Positions 13,191 to 27,235 of a DNA stretch of 64,000 bases are shown one piece after another. A program made the translations under genes and the position numbers. Location of the stretch: positions 52,392,001 through 52,456,000 of the forward strand of contig NW_024704742.1 in NCBI RefSeq assembly GCF_018977255.1, read 5' to 3'. The stretch comes from Callorhinchus milii (taxonomy: Eukaryota). Below the pieces are notes generated by a model. The model saw only the letters and a program-made list of their open reading frames with translations, did not search any database and had not been told where the DNA came from. How positions within the stretch are numbered: the stretch's first letter is position 1; each line of letters starts with the position of its first letter.

Positions 13191-16100
13191 AGTGTTAATA
13201 ATAATAAAAATAATACTAATAATAAGTCTTGAATTTAATATATCGCCTTATCACGTATTCAAGATGTCTCAAAGCACTTCATAGAATTTTTGTTTTGAAG
13301 GAATTATTGACCCAGAAAAGTGATCCACCAAACAACTAGCAACCAGATTCCAACTTAGTGTGGGGTAAACAGAGGCCTGTGGAGCAAGGAAACTTGCCCA
13401 ATACTCCAGTGGAAACAAAAGCTGATTTTTCCCATCCCATTAGCTGACTCAGCACTGACTGTGGTTTAAACTTTATTGGTCTCGCTATCACAGCAAGTGG
13501 TGCATTTACTCCCTGGAGGAGTAAATGGGGTAAGTGATCTTGATCTCCTTCCTTTGGAGGAGCACACATTTGTATGGTTCTGTATATAGAATACAAACAA
13601 ATGTATTGCACCAATTGTAACAGTTAGTCCCTTTATTTCAAGACTAGTTTTTTTTGTGATGAAATTTGCTTAATCTATGTAGCAGAAACGGCACATTTGG
13701 ACAAGTCCATGAATTCTACAGTTTGGTTTTGGTCACCAGGGATTGTGGCAACAAGTCTCTGACCTTTGCCCTCCAATGAATCAGACACTTGCACGTGCTT
13801 AATGTTGGCTTCATGCTTAGTCTTTAGATAAATACCCAGAGAAGTAGTTTATACACTGAGTATGTTTTCCTGAAGAAAGGGGATCCTTGGAGTTTGTTCC
13901 ATAAACAAGGGTGCCACATTGAACAGGCAACAGAAATATTTATTCTGAAAAGGATCTTTATGCAAACAAACACAATTTTTCACATAAAAGGTATCAATAG
14001 CTCAGAGTCACAGAGGCAAAATTAGTCTTTAAATAAATAGACAACATAGGCTCATTTTTTATGTAAAAAATTAAATCAACCTTAAATTAATCTACTAGAC
14101 TTTGTTTTTGATATCATCCAGCCTGAATGTTAAACTGGTTCTGAGTTTGTTGCATTTTGGATTTCTCCATTGTAACCTGTCCACTTTAATTTAATGTTTT
14201 CCCTTAATTAGGTATTCACTGCTGCCAGGAACTAGTGTCAGGAAGATAATTAAGCAATGAATTATTGTGAAAATTATTCTATTGTTAATTGAAAATTAAA
14301 TCTTGTATGTTGTGTTAAACGTTTGTACTGAATATTTGAATGTAATTTGAAAACAAATCCAAAGCATTTCTTATTCTAGGTATTACACTCAGACAAATAG
14401 TATACAGTAGTTGGGCCCTAATATTTTACTTAATAAGAATTTGGAAAATACAAGTGATGTCTATTTTACAGATGGAGAATGTGCTGTTTAAGAATAACAC
14501 TTTTGAGATTTCAGAACTAAAATGATTGAAATCACAGAGATCAACTGAAAGAAATGTCATTGTGAACAACCAGAACCACAGCAGGGGGGTAATAAGACAG
14601 CTTTGCTCTGTGTCTGAAGGGAAATTATTCGCTCCCAGAAATGGCTCCATGTACGATGGTAACCCTGGTGATATGGGAAAATCTAATTGTCCAGAGATAA
14701 AATTGTTGGCATGGCCTTGTTGTCTGATAGGAATAGTTAACAGGGGTGAGGCCCACCGCAACAACCTACGTGCAAAGCATTCTGGAAGAAAATGAGAATA
14801 AAATAATTTGTCTATATTTCTAACCTTTCTAGGTCCTATGGTTTCCAGTGAAAGAATGTGGGCAATCATAATCCTGAAGCACATATGACCAGATATAATG
14901 TATAATGTGATGCAATGTGGAGTTACGGGTAAATAGGTATGGAATGCATATTTAAGCTAAGTGTAATGTGGTGTTTGAAAATGGGCAGACAGTAATTTTC
15001 CTGCTTTATGGCAACCCTTGTTATATTTACTGAGCCTTGATGGTGCATGCTTATATGGCCTCTAATTTGTGGCATATCTGAAAGGGATTTCTAAATTCCT
15101 GAATACCAATTCTCTCTCGGATCCCAGCTGACCACGGAAACTCCACTCTGGAAGTAGATGCCCTCAAACAGAGTTTCCATCAGTTGCTGTGACGTCCTTT
15201 TGGTTATTGGAAAAAGACCCCATTTGCCAAATTTGGAATCCTTAATAAAGAATCCTATTTAGGAATCCGAATCCAAAGTATTGCAAGTTAGACCTCAGTG
15301 TCCCAATGTAACCAAACACTACCCAAAGTAGAAACAAAAATAGATGTTTCTCCTCTTCCGTGCCCATGTCAAACTGTCAAATGAACTAAGGTGAAGATAT
15401 TATCGCTTAGAAGATTATACACCCTGAGGCAGGCCGGGAATGTGAAGCCATAGGTAGGCTATACCTAGGTAAACAGATCTAAATAAGAAAAATATATCAG
15501 GGTTGTATGTGTTTCAGTGAATTAACAGCAATGTAATCAGGAAAATCCATCTGTTTGTGGTATTTTAAACTATGAGTAGCAAAGGGAGCTTGTTAAGTCA
15601 GGAATCATAAAGTGGAATTATTGTCCAATTCTGTATCTGTAAACACTGTAGCAGGTACCATCACAGTGCAAAACACTAAATAACCTGCTTCTCTTTACAT
15701 TTTATGTTACAATAACTGCATTATGCACTCTGAGCAAACAAATCTTTAAAGGTACAAAGGCCAGAAGGACATAACGGTTATCTAGAAGGGTGGTTGAGAT
15801 CAGGACCCTGGATTGATTTAAGAAACAACTTGATACTGTAATGGGAAGAAGGTAGGGTTGATATTCTGAAAGAATGAGATCAATACCCATGAGTAGCTAC
15901 GACTATAACCATATTTGAAAAGGGATCTGAATCCAGTATTTCAAGATGAATGTTATGAAAAGATGTAGAGGAACAGGAGATAACTGAGATTAGAGTAATT
16001 GGTAGTTAGAGTAATTAATCAATAAAGAATCCAATTTTGCTTGATGTGCGTCATGTTTTTACTTTTATTATCACAATCTTTGAATAACACTCTTTGAATA

Positions 16101-17021
16101 AAAAAAATGTTCTTCCTATTCTCTGCAACTATGTTCCTACTTTCAACTTCTGAAATGCCAGTCCCTTCAGCCGAACTAGCATTGATCAGATGGCATAGAG
16201 TACAAGTTTGCGATATTTATGACAGTTTATTACAGTGAACCATTAGGATCAAGAGGGAGGTCTTACTGGTGAAGATAGATTGCACTTGTTGCTGACGTTA
16301 CTGCAATCTGTTTTGTTCCAGGTGGAAGAACCTCTTTGGCAAATCAACACCTCAATCAATAAACAAATCATGTCAGTCACCTGTTACAACATTGCAACGG
16401 ATATAGGAAATCCAGTGGGATGAAGTGGTCAGTGTACTCACCGGGGAGAGACAGAATGTTTGTGTACAAAATTTATAATGATAAGTAAGAGCATGGAAAG
16501 TCTGTTTACATTAGTTTTTGGTGAATCAATAGACCAGTAGCACAGCAAGTGAAATAGAATGGAGTATTTAAAAATCTTAGCCACTTTTACCTGCCGATCT
16601 GTCATTTAGAGAATCAGGCATCCTCGAAAGATTTGGGAATTCTGAATACTGTAGTATATTGCAGAAAGACAAGGTACAATGTTATGTTGCTGTTAAACGG
16701 TGATGTAAGTAATGCTTCATCTTCAACCTTAATTCTCTTCTGATTGATCCCTTAATTCCACATCATGTTCAGCCTATAGGTACTGTTGCTGTTGGAAAGA
16801 CACAGCTGATGATCACTAAGAAATGTCCTTACATCAAATTGCAAACATAAAATGGTTGAGTTGACACACTTTGATACGAACGTTTTAAACCCTGGCATTC
16901 CTTACATAATAATCCTTGGATTTGGATTGTTATCCTTGTATTACAATAATCCTTACATTTGATATATGATCCTGTCATGTTCACATTTGCCTTGTATAGT
17001 TCCGATACCATGGACCCCTTC

Positions 17022-18235
17022 AATTCTCCTCCACTGCCTCTCCTCTCACCTCAACCTTCAAGGTTCTGTCCTTGAATTGTTCAGGTCTTATCTCTCCCAC
17101 CGGCTCTAATTTATCTCCGCCAACAGTTTCTCTTCCAGCCTCCGCACAGTCTTGTGCAGTGTTCCTCAGGGCTCTGTCCTCAGTCCCCTCCTCTTCAACC
17201 TCTACATGCTCCCCATTAGTGACATCATCCACAGACATGGGGTCAACTACCATATGTACATGGATGACACTCAACTCTATCCCTCTGCCTCCACCCTCGA
17301 TTCCAGGACAACTGACTTCCTGACAGTCTGTCTGTCAGCCATCAAATCCTGGATGAGAGCCAACTTTCTGCAGCTGAATCTCAGCAAAATTGAGGCCCTC
17401 CTGATTGGCTCGCACCAGCACATCCGCACCTCAGGGACTGGCAGCATCAGCATCCATGGTTGCACACTCCACCTCACCAAGCCAGTCAGGAACCTGGGCA
17501 TCTTGTTCGACCCTCAACTGTCCTTTCTCCCCCATATCTGTACCATGACCCGCTCTGCTTTCCCCCACATCCGCAACATTGCCCAACTCCGCCACTGCCT
17601 CACCACTCAGGCCGCAGAAAACCTCATACTCGCATTCACCACCTCAAGGCTTGACTACGGAAACTCACTCCTTGTCGGCCTCTCCAACTCATCCCTCCAC
17701 AAGCTGCAGATCATCCAGAACTCCTCAGCTCATGTCCTCTCCCACACCAGGCTCCGTGATCCCATCATACCCACCCTCGCCTGGCTCCACTGGCTCCCCG
17801 TGCTTCAGAGGATAAAATTAAAAATTCTTGTCCTCACTTTCAAGACCCTCCATGGCCTTACTTCATCCTACCTCTCTGACCTGCTAACCCTCTAATCAAC
17901 CTGTCAGCTCCCTCAGTTCAGCAGGCTCCGGGCTGCTCCAGGTCTCCCACCCGACCCGCCCTACCATCGGCGGCCAGGCTTTCAACCTCTCTGCCCCCAC
18001 TCTTTGAAACTCCATCCCTCAATCCCTTCATCTTGCTCCCCCCTTGTTTCCTTCAAGGCACGACTCAAGACATTCCTTTTTGACCATGTCTTCAGCCAGT
18101 CTTCTACCTCTCTACCCTCCCTCATCCCAACCCTGTCCCCCTGCACTCGGGTTCTGATCCCTCACTGTTCAGCGCTTTGGGACGCCCTCCCGATGTGAAA
18201 GGCGCTTTTCAAATGTAGTTTTATTATCGTTATTG
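17022..18235 (+). mobile_element. L2-clade LINE 3' fragment
   Basis: ORF 17152-17895: [44 protein letters not shown]; same 3' tail as other copies. Confidence 0.93.
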
Positions 18236-18527
18236 TGATTGCAATTATTTGAAGGCAAATTTAGTGGCTAATTTTGTACAGTAATAACCTAGAAACAGCA
18301 AACAAGTGAATCTGGGGATTGTTGGCCAGGGATTACAATGTGCTCTTATGAATTCCATTGACCTAAATCTCAGATGCTCAGTTAATGTTTATGCTTCATT
18401 TAAAAAAAATCCTAGAGCAATTAATAATATACTTGCAATGGATAAGTATTGTATTTTATATTAACCAAGAGCTGATTTTTACATTCAAATATTTATTTTT
18501 AAAAACAATTGCACAGATCATATTGAT

Positions 18528-18685
18528 TTCATAGAATCATGGAATTATTACAGCACAGAATGATGCCATTCGGCTCATTGTGTCTGTGCCGGCTCTTTGA
18601 AAAGAGCTGTCGAATTCAATCCCACTTCCCTGCTCTCTCTCCATAGCCCTGCAAACTTATCCGCCCCAAATAATTATCTAATAAT
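18528..18685 (-). mobile_element. CR1-type 3' tail
   Basis: catagaatcatggaattattacagcacagaa...gccattcggctcattgtgtctgtgccggctct. Confidence 0.6.
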
Positions 18686-19599
18686 TTCCTGTTAAAGGTT
18701 TCCTTAATGTGCTTTGACTTTTACTGGACTATCATTTTCTATCATTTGTTCTAGGTGCAGTTCCTCCCTGTTTATAATCATAATAGTTTCACTCAGTTGG
18801 TAGCAGGTTGGCCTCTGTTATGGAAGATTGTGGATTCATACCCTATGTCAGGACTTGAGCTCATAGTGAATGTTAAAGATTTCAAAACGCCCTTTGCAAA
18901 GGGAGGAAGTTTCTTCTCACATACTGACCAACAGCCCTTCAGATTAATTGATCAGTTGCATAGGAGCATAGGAAAATACAGGACTGAAAAAGCACATTGG
19001 GATCTATCGGGCGCTTCACTGCATAGCTATTTGTGAGATAATAATGGCTGCCACATTTGCTTATAAAATTATTCCTTACAACTGACAGCAATTACTTGCA
19101 AAGCATTTTTAGACATTTCATCTTGATAAACAATGATAAACGTGCAAGTTATTTCTTTACCACAAATTGGATACTTAGCTCAGTTAATCTTCCTTCATTT
19201 TACCACATTACATTTGAAGCAAAATCCTTAAATACTTTTAAAATGGAATTAGTTCGTTTTTTTATTAAGACAATATTAACAAGTAGAGGGAGTGAGCAAG
19301 CGAGAGAGTGGGACTAGACTAGGCTGGCTCTCATGAGTAACACCAGTGCACACTTGGAGCTAAATTGTCTGTTTCTGTGTTGCAAACCTTCCATGGAGTC
19401 AAAACAATGTTGTTTCTAAATGCATCCGGTTCCTTATTTATTGCCATTGATTATAACAGAAAGCATTTAGGAATGTCGTGATTTCAAGCCCTGTGATTCT
19501 CTGTTGGTGAAGGGAGCAGTGGAAAGAAAGCTGAAGCTTGCTGAGTCCAACAGGTCTCAGGTTGGAACTAGTTTGATCAACTATGAAACCAAATGCACA

Positions 19600-19998
19600 A
19601 AACAACAACAACAACAACTTGGATTTATATAGCGCCCTCCATGCCGGACGGTGTTTCAGAGCGCTTCACAGTAACGGATCCCGGGACCGAGCCAGGGGGA
19701 GGGGAGGAAGGTGACCAAAGGCGCGGTCGAAAAGAAAGGTCTTCAGCCGAGACCTGAAAGTAGGAAGAGAGAGGATGAGGCGGAGAGAGAGAGGAAGGGA
19801 GTTCCAGAGCCTCGGGGCATAGGGGCTGAAGGCACGGCCACCGATGGTGGAGCAAAGGACTCTGGGGACAAGGAGGAGGCTAGACCCGGTGAAACGAAGG
19901 CAACGGGCACTGTTGTGAGGAGCGAGTAGGTCAGAGAGTTAGGGGGGGTGCAGAGGAGTGGAAGGATTTGAAGACAACGGTGAGGATGTTGAAGTCAA
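19600..19998 (-). mobile_element. L2-like 3' fragment (divergent subfamily)
   Basis: (CAA)n at the left end, then reverse-complement tail and ORF2 C-terminal sequence. Confidence 0.8.
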
Positions 19999-22354
19999 AA
20001 ACCTGAATAATATAAAATACGATGTGACTGAAAAGTGTTGACAGACGTAGTGTGCAAGAGTAATAGAAAAATAACCTGAGCACTGCATTCTGCTCCTGAA
20101 ATCCCAGTGGAGTGCAATAATACGCGTTGTCAGGTTCCCTCCTCATGCCTTCAATTAACATTGACATTAACACCCAGGCTGTCTAATATATCGAGTGACC
20201 GCTTCAAACATGATACTGATGTTGTTTAGAGGCTTGTTGACAGTTTTATTTTCAAAACAAACAGCCACAGGCCATGGATTCAGTGGCATGACTGCTCTTT
20301 GGACAAATGGGCATCCAGGCCAAGATCTAAGAAAATTTCCCTGCATCAGGCCTTCAGCTAAAGGAAAACCATATCTTCACAGTGCTGTGTGACCATCACC
20401 AGTATATGAGATAAAAATGCAACGCTTCATACCAGATTTGACTGAGAATAGATTTGATCATAATCAGAACATTAAATTTGTTATGAAATGTTGTATTTTC
20501 TTATAGACTCTTTCCATCACCTAAAACAGAAGAATGCAGACAAAGGGATTTTACTACAAATTCAATTGTAAAGTAAGTAACTCAATAGATCTTAGAAAAT
20601 TGGACCACAAAGAAAATAGTGACCCTTACTGAGTTTAAATATTCTTTCAGCTGACCTAGGAGTAGGAAATGAGATGAGCAAAGTTCATACCTCTTGTTAC
20701 CTCTTGCTGGTTTCTTGAAGAAAAGGTATATTTAACTGAATGATCTTCTTCAGAACCTCATTTTTGTTTATGCTTTAAACTTCAGGCACAGCACTGCCAA
20801 ACTCCCGCTCTCCCAGATCTCCCTACACAGTGTCAGTGCTTTACCCTTCACACCATGCCTCTCTCCACCTCTCCATCTCTTTGTTTGTCTCTGAGACTTC
20901 CTCCTGTTTCTCTATTTCACAGTGTATCTCTTTCTCTCTCCCTCAATCTCTGATGTTCCCTCTCCCTATGCTGGTATGTTATCTGTCTCAGATCACAGAT
21001 TGACCAAACTCTATTCCACACTCAAAGGGAATCCTACCACTGGTTGCAATATATGCAGGTGAGAAACTCAAGATTTTCACTGACATTTCACTCATTTAAT
21101 TTCCAGGATTTCAGGTCTAGTGCAAATAGGTGTAATGTGGTTCAAGTGCTCTGAGATTTTACATAAATGCAAGTTGTTGTTGTTATCTGGAGCGAGGATA
21201 TACACTGTTCTTCCGGAACTATAACCCCTCCAACCTGGTATTATTCGTGTGAAACAACACTGCAATCTTTTTCTGGCTTTGTTGTTCTTTCCGTAAAAGT
21301 TGTTTCCAGAGCCAAAAGGAGCATTCTAACGTGTCGTAACCGATATCTTGTATAAAATTAACAACACAAGGCCAATGGTTCCCTTGAGGGAGGAAGGGGA
21401 AATCGAAAGGCAAGTTCATCCACAATGTTCACTTCCCATCAGCTGGTTCAGGATCGACTTGCCTGGTGTATAGCTCTTCGTTGTGTAGCAATGTAAATGT
21501 ATAGCACGAGGGGGCTAAAAGGAGAATCTTGGGATGTCCTCCTGACATAAAAAGCACTATATAAATGCAATTTGTTGTTGTTGTTGAAAATTATTTGATA
21601 TTTGGGGAGGGACAGGCAAAGAATGAAGAAAAATACAGTAAACTCCTGATAACTAGATCCTGGCTTAACTTGTCGCTACCAATTATCATATTGTCAATAT
21701 GCTGGTCGTATATATGTGCACATGCCTAAATCACCACTCCTGATAGCTCGTCATTGAGCCCTTTTCTCTTGGAGTGATAAGTTATCAGAACTATATGAAA
21801 GCCGTTCATTTGGTCTTGATCGGATGACTAGTATAAGAACAATTCCCACAATCTGCATTTGGCACCTTTTCTATTGCTTCTGCAGTCATTTCTGGTGCAC
21901 GTGTTCAGTGACTAATACCATTCTTCCGATCCTTCCATGTTGCTGGATTTCTCAAGTCGATTACCTGCACTTTACTTCAAGTGGTTTCTACTTACATTCC
22001 TGAATCCCAAGTATGAATGAAGTGGAAAAGTGAGCAGTATTCACCAACATCCCTGGAACCACAGTTCACGGGGAAGTTTGGGAAACATTAAAAACTAATG
22101 AGATAAACAAGCAAAAACCGGGGAAAATAAGTGATGGGGATATTTCCAATATTTCTCTCTCACTCTCCCACCCACCCCTCCAGTTGTAAGAGATTCCGGT
22201 CTGTCTCTGTTTGATATGCTAACTGAGGTGGCTAAGGTTTTCCCCTGTATTAATAAACTGATTGGTTCATGGACCAAGTCTGTCTCTGTTCAATTCCTGT
22301 TTGGCTCAGTGTCTATAGTTTGTGCCACAATATATATCAAGAACCATTTGGAAT

Positions 22355-22735
22355 GTGGAGTCCTTTAGCTTACCGGTTAGACCACTCGCCTCACAGGCGA
22401 GAGGACCTGGGTTCAATTCTCGGGCAGGGCGAAACGTTGGGCAAGTTTCCTTACTCCACACGCCTTTATTTTGCTAGCAGTGAATAGGAAAATAGGAATC
22501 AGGTTGTTAGTCAATTGGCGGATCGCGTTTCCGGGGTAATAATCTCTTCAAAAAATATATAATGTGGTCACTCAATCCATGACTGTTTGTGAGACACTGT
22601 TGTGCACAATTGGCTGCCGTGTTTCGCACACAAAAAACATACAGTCAATTCACTTTACAGTATATTCTGTGATGTGCTTGAGACATCTCAAATATGTGAT
22701 AAGGGTTAAATCAAATATAAAGATTACTATTATTG
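22355..22735 (+). mobile_element. tRNA-headed SINE, older long subfamily
   Basis: gtggagtcctttagct...gttcaattc...gggcaagtttccttactcc...tail. Confidence 0.88.
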
Positions 22736-24539
22736 TTATATCACATGCAAGCATTATTATTATTATTTGCTTCTTCGTTGACACAATACACATTTGTGGA
22801 ATGCTATAATTAAAGTGGATATCTGATTATTAGTGGATTATGCAGTGAGCCACACCAATTTACACTGTATTGCAAAAACTAATGCAGATGTCCCAACATT
22901 GTTAGACAAAACTTTACTTCAAAAAGAGACACTGATAAATGGAATGCACATACTTACAACAAAAGTCGTCATCTGTTTACAATTTACATTTCAGTTGTGA
23001 CTAATATGCTAGCTTCTATAGAGAGCTATTAGCTCTGAACTCTAGGCTGACGACATGCTGTTTAAATTAAATTCAGTTTTGCTTGGACACTGACCAAGAC
23101 CACTGTGAGAAGAAGTGAGGGCCAATCGGATCATTCTTATCGTGCTTCAATAACCGCAAGTTTCCATGCAAATTAAGCGTGTGTTGTACAGGACGTTTGT
23201 CTGAAAAGTTTTCCTTCATGGCTCTGAGCTCCTGGCCATGGACCAGAGGAGTATCTTTTGGCCAGTTTACGAAGTCCAGGACCAAGTAGTGGGGTTAATT
23301 GTGATAAATAGGGCAAGCAGCTGCAGTGCGGGAGGTCTCCTTGCTGCTCAATATCCAGGATGCAGAGAATGTCTATTTGCCAAAGCCCTTCTCACGAGGA
23401 CATTGTTTAAGGAGGTAGTGTTAACGAAGCCTGGCATTGACTTTGGAATTTTCACCCCAACGTTTCAGTGGAGATCAGAAAGATGATAAGGAAGGTTTAT
23501 ACTGTATGTACACTGCTTATGGAAATATCACATTTGTGCAGGTATTATGTAGAAATTCTTTTGGATCATGAGCAGAATATTACTTGAAATAATATGACTA
23601 CAGTATTTATATCAGCAGCTCATCATTCCAAAGAAAAATGATTCTGTTTGACTCTGTTTAGATTGCAATGATTCAGGAACCTGTGTTTGTGATGTCTTTT
23701 CGATTTATGTGTAAGGTAATTCTGCATTGTATTAGCACTGAACTGTATTGGGCAAGGTCCTTTTTCAAAGGTCACACTAAGGCAATGGCAAAGCCAGGAT
23801 GTATGCCAAAGCTCCTGTTGACCACCAGTACGCAGTAATGGCCTTACTTCTTCAAAGGTTACAATAATATCTTGTGAATGCTGCCAGGAAGTGTTTAAAG
23901 AGCCAGGCGTTCCTAGATTTGTCTGAAAGGCAAAGACATTTCTAAATTTAGTATAATGCAATGCAATGTGATCAGCCATTCCAGTATCCTGAAGGGCTTA
24001 CTTAGATGCACACATGAAATGTGAAGGTCAAGTTGTTTTGAATATGAACCTTCAGCGTTGATGTCTTTTGTTGTGCTGCTTGTATATAAATATATAGCGT
24101 TACTCAGTGGTATAGGATGTGCACAGCTGGGCTATTCGTTTGAGATCTATGACAGGCTGAGTACACCCAGTTGTTCAACTGCTTTATCCACATGTTAGAC
24201 ACATTCACATCTTACACACAGATGTTGAATTTTACCATTTGCCCATTGAATGAATGCAATACAAAATTACATTTGTACAGCGGTTTTCACGTTGGGAGGA
24301 CATCCCAAGGCGCTGATGTATTTGAAAGTATGCCTCAGATTGTGCACAAAGTTGTGCCCTTTTCTCCTGACATGTTTCCCGATTGCCTACACTGACCATT
24401 TATGTCTTATGACAATTTAGGTTACCCTGGAAACATTCAATTTTCTGTTGCGATAACATCTGAACTAAAGTCAAGTAGAAAGTCGTTTCATTCAATCAAG
24501 ACAATCAGGAGTTATTGATAATAGCTATCGAACCTTTGA

Positions 24540-25157
24540 TAAATCTTCAAGACGCATCTCAAGACCATGCCTTCGGTCACCCTCTTACTCCTACCCTCCG
24601 CGTCCTCCACCCATCCTGATCCTAACCACCAGCTCGGGTGCGGATCCCTGACTATCCAGAGCCTTGGGAGGTCCTCCTGACGTGAGAGGCGCTATACAAC
24701 AACAACAAGATTCCATTTATTGAGCGCCTTTCACGTCGGGAGGACGTCCCAAGTGCTGTACAGTTGGGTCAGGACCCGAGCAGGGGGGAAATGGTGAGGG
24801 GAGGGAAGGGAGGGAGCGAGGAGGGTGTAGAGAGTCGAGAGGGGAGCTGAAGGCACGGTCAAAGAGAAAGGTCTTGAGACCGGCCTTGAAGGAGGAAAGG
24901 GAGGAAGCAAGGCGAAGGCACTGGGGGATAGAGTTCCAGAGCCTCGGGGCTGAGAGGCTGAAGGCCCGGCCACCAATGGGAGGGCGGTTGGGGCGAGGGA
25001 CGTGGAGCAGACCGGAGCCAGAGGAACGGAGGGTACGGGCAGGTAGGTAGGGGGGTAGTAGGTCGGAGAGGTAGGAGGGAGCAAGGCCGTGAATGGCCTT
25101 GTAGGTGAGGATGAGGATCTTGAATTCGAGAAATTATACAAATGTAATTTGTTGTTG
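24540..25157. mobile_element. Young L2 3' end (minus, 24700-25128) nested in an older L2 tail (plus)
   Basis: Host tail is split; TATACAA is duplicated at 24693-24699 and 25135-25141. Confidence 0.88.
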
Positions 25158-26879
25158 TCAAACCACCGTAATGTATGATTGCAACAATCGACATAGGATA
25201 TGTTGTGAAATGCCACAAATTTCACCTCAACATTTCCAAAATAAAGAAAGGTGCATGGTTGTGTGGAAATCAACTGAATGATTCTCAAAAAGGTGATCTG
25301 CACATTTCAGACGGAAGTAGATATGCATCAAACAAAGGTTAGTTTCTCCAGGAGAAGGAATAAATCCATATGTTTTACTTGATGAGAAAAGAGAAGAAAT
25401 CTTGGAGGGTTTAACATACACACACACAGGCTATTGGAATACACTTTATCTTTCAATTCAGCAACTAGGCAAGGTACTAGATGGGTGCCAAGCTGTGGTG
25501 AGATACACAGGGGAGAGATGAAATGATGATAACAATGATTTATGTAAGAGCCGCTACAGACAACCTGTCATGAAATGCCAGTGATTTCATGAACTGGATG
25601 ACTGTCCCCTTCCCAACAGAGGATGCAGTCAGTTGAGAAATGTGTGCCTCAAGCAAGGGAACGAAAGAAGAAATTTTAAAAAAAGCTAATAAGTTGTATT
25701 AACAGCATTTTCTTCTGTTACTGATTGAGATTCCTCAGTTCTGACTTCCCATTGACCCAGTTGGTATTTCTCCATTTTCCACACCTAAGTTTAAGAGTCT
25801 GAGGTTTATGGTTTGTTGACTAAAGCAAGCCACAGAGTTTATGGAGGAGCTGTCAGCACTTGAGAGTGGCTCAAATGGATGCCTCCTGTGCACTCATCTT
25901 AAAATAGTCGCTGGCAAAATTGATGTGTGTACATAGCAATAACTGTTAAAAAGCAAGATCCACTTAGCAGCTTTGGCTGGTAGTTTAAAACCAACTTTTC
26001 TAAACTTATATAGGGCCTTTTGCTTAGGAGAACATTTCCAAGCATTTTACAGAATGCAGCATGGGGGAAACTCATCCTGGACGGGATAGAGGTTAGCTAG
26101 CCAAAGGTGCAGTCAAAGAGAGAGGTGGGTTTTGAAAGCAGAGAGGGGAGAAGCAAAGTAGAGTACCAGGGAACGAGATCAGAGTGTCTGAAAGCTCAGT
26201 GAAGGTTTGCAATGCATATCCTGTAAAGATCAGAATAAATAAGCAGATTGTCATAGTTAATTGATTAGAAAGTTAAGCTTTTCTACTTTTTGCACTTCCT
26301 CATGGTACAAATATTGTCTAATTTATCTAGTGCACTGCAGGTAGAGATATCTGGACTATGAGGTTTAATTGCTTTGGTACACAGTATTTCAATGGCATTT
26401 GCAAACACTTACTGCCAAGGTAGAGATTTAAGTATAGCAGTCTTAACACTGCACCATAACTGTCTGTTAGGAGCATAGAATTCTCTTAGCCATCTGTATT
26501 TTTATTGGTTTCATGCTGTGTTCATGGCTGCAAAGAATGTACATTATTAAAGTAAGAGGTCAAAATATGGTTAAGTGAATGATACATGGCAATTTTCTCC
26601 TTTCATAAATCTTTTAACAGTGTTTGCTTAGTCCGGTCTCTTCAAGCATGTTTGAATGAATTTTTGGGGGAACAAGGGAGTGGAAGATCAGAATTGCTCC
26701 TGCAAGGGTTAAGGGGGAAGTTAGACAATATATTTTTCAACAGAGGGTTATTAGAACATGAACTGCTTGCCATTGCTGGCTATTGAGGCTGTCAAAGAGA
26801 ACTGAGAAGTATTTGAAGAAAATAATATGAAAAAAGGACAGGGAAAGAATTGTGAATTGGGATTAGATTATATAACAGT

Positions 26880-27235
26880 CTGCGCTGATCCTTCAATACA
26901 ATGTTTAGGGAATGCTGCATTGTCAGAGGTGCCATCCTTCGGATGAGATGTTAAACAAAGTCCTGTCTGCCTGTTCAGGTGGATGTTAAAAGGTCCCATG
27001 TCGCTACTTGAAAAGAGAAGGGAGTTTCTCACAATATCCTGGCCAACAATCCTCCTGATATAATTGATCATTCCTTTTATTGTCTGTTTATGGGACATTG
27101 CAGTGCACAAACTGGCTGCAGTGTTTGCCTACAAATACACAGTCACTACACATTGCAGTGAAATCCTGTGAAACACTTTGAGATATCTCAATGATGTGAT
27201 AAGGTACAATATCAAATGCATGGATTATCATATCA
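26880..27235 (+). mobile_element. Deu-domain SINE
   Basis: gaggtgccatccttcggatgagatgttaaac...gtcctgtctgcctgttcaggtggatgttaaaaggtcccatg. Confidence 0.8.

Noticed and set aside
14426..14884. 152-aa minus ORF and overlapping 89-aa plus ORF
   Set aside because: No recognisable domain, no convincing exon structure, and length compatible with chance.
24731..25303. 190-aa Pro/Ser-rich ORF and similar ORFs at 3332-3600, 31310-31943 and 42760-43227
   Set aside because: Alternative-frame translations of C-rich L2 3' ends.
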